Shown here: positions 33,973-34,112 of the stretch, in pieces
Layout of the letters: each line of letters starts with the position of its first letter
Position numbering within the stretch: position 1 is the first letter of the stretch
DNA from: a virus
Lineage: Duplodnaviria > Caudoviricetes
Virus record (IMG/VR): IMGVR_UViG_3300020042_004176
Location: 1 to 34,112 of that record
DNA length: 34,112 bases
Strand: one strand, 5' to 3'
Position numbers and translations under genes: made by a program
Notes under the pieces: generated by a model
Seen by the model: the letters and a program-made list of their open reading frames with translations, nothing else
Databases searched by the model: none
What the model was told of the DNA's origin: nothing

Positions 33973-34111
33973 TGTTAGGCCCCTCCTGCCAGTCCTTGCA
34001 CTCACAGAGTTCTTCGTTCCCTGTGCGGTATGTGGCGCAGCTCCGCATGTGCATGAGTTTGTGCCCGTGGTAGATGAACGTATCAATCATCTGAGCGTGG
34101 TCGTGCAGTAG
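33962..34111 (-). CDS. Hypothetical His/Cys-rich protein, probably 5'-truncated by the window edge
   Basis: Open frame LLHDHAQMIDTFIYHGHKLMHMRSCATYRTGNEELCECKDWQEGPNNVS*, overlapping the next start. Confidence 0.45.
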   Translation of the reverse strand, partial: LLHDHAQMIDTFIYHGHKLMHMRSCATYRTGNEELCECKDWQEGPNNVS

Positions 34112-34112
34112 C

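Larger units (their letters stand above)
19253..33978. repeat. Dispersed 13-bp palindrome CTAACA-N-TGTTAG (10 perfect + 4 single-mismatch copies)
   Basis: Perfect copies start at 22694, 24373, 27534, 28225, 29496, 30472, 30864, 31577, 33107 and 33966. One-mismatch copies start at 19253, 28998, 32062 and 33810; a two-mismatch copy starts at 22024. None was found by eye in 1-19200. Confidence 0.92.

Noticed and set aside
19253-33978. The palindrome copies as a CRISPR array or mobile-element ends
   Set aside because: Only 13 bp long, irregularly spaced 0.15-3 kb apart and embedded in intact genes; no cas1/cas2 or transposase; no shared flanking sequence.

Overview
Roughly 34 kb from a dsDNA tailed phage with podovirus-like organisation; no host genes, integrase, capsid, terminase, rRNA, tRNA or CRISPR array are recognisable in the window. 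The + strand (1-14309) carries late/virion genes: a truncated tail-nozzle/DNA-stabilisation protein, several Gly/Ala/Gln-rich putative ejection proteins, and a 2203-aa polyvalent protein. These converge at a hairpin terminator (~14310-14336) with a long - strand block. That block has a replication module (primase-helicase, Cro-like HTH, putative SSB, SNF2 helicase, HNH, Cas4-like nuclease, family A DNA polymerase, VRR-NUC) and an early region of tightly coupled small genes, including a MoxR-type AAA+ ATPase and a metallopeptidase-VWA partner. Three sigma70-type promoters and two terminators are visible. Main unexplained signals: (1) a 13-bp palindrome CTAACA-N-TGTTAG with 10 perfect and 4 single-mismatch copies, all between 19.2 and 34 kb, many inside genes and several over start codons or RBSs; (2) a small replication-region ORF whose first 22 aa resemble, from memory, the N-terminus of a phage major capsid protein; (3) RBS-equipped +1-frame ORFs overprinted inside the giant virion gene. 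All family assignments come from motif recognition by eye, not from database searches.
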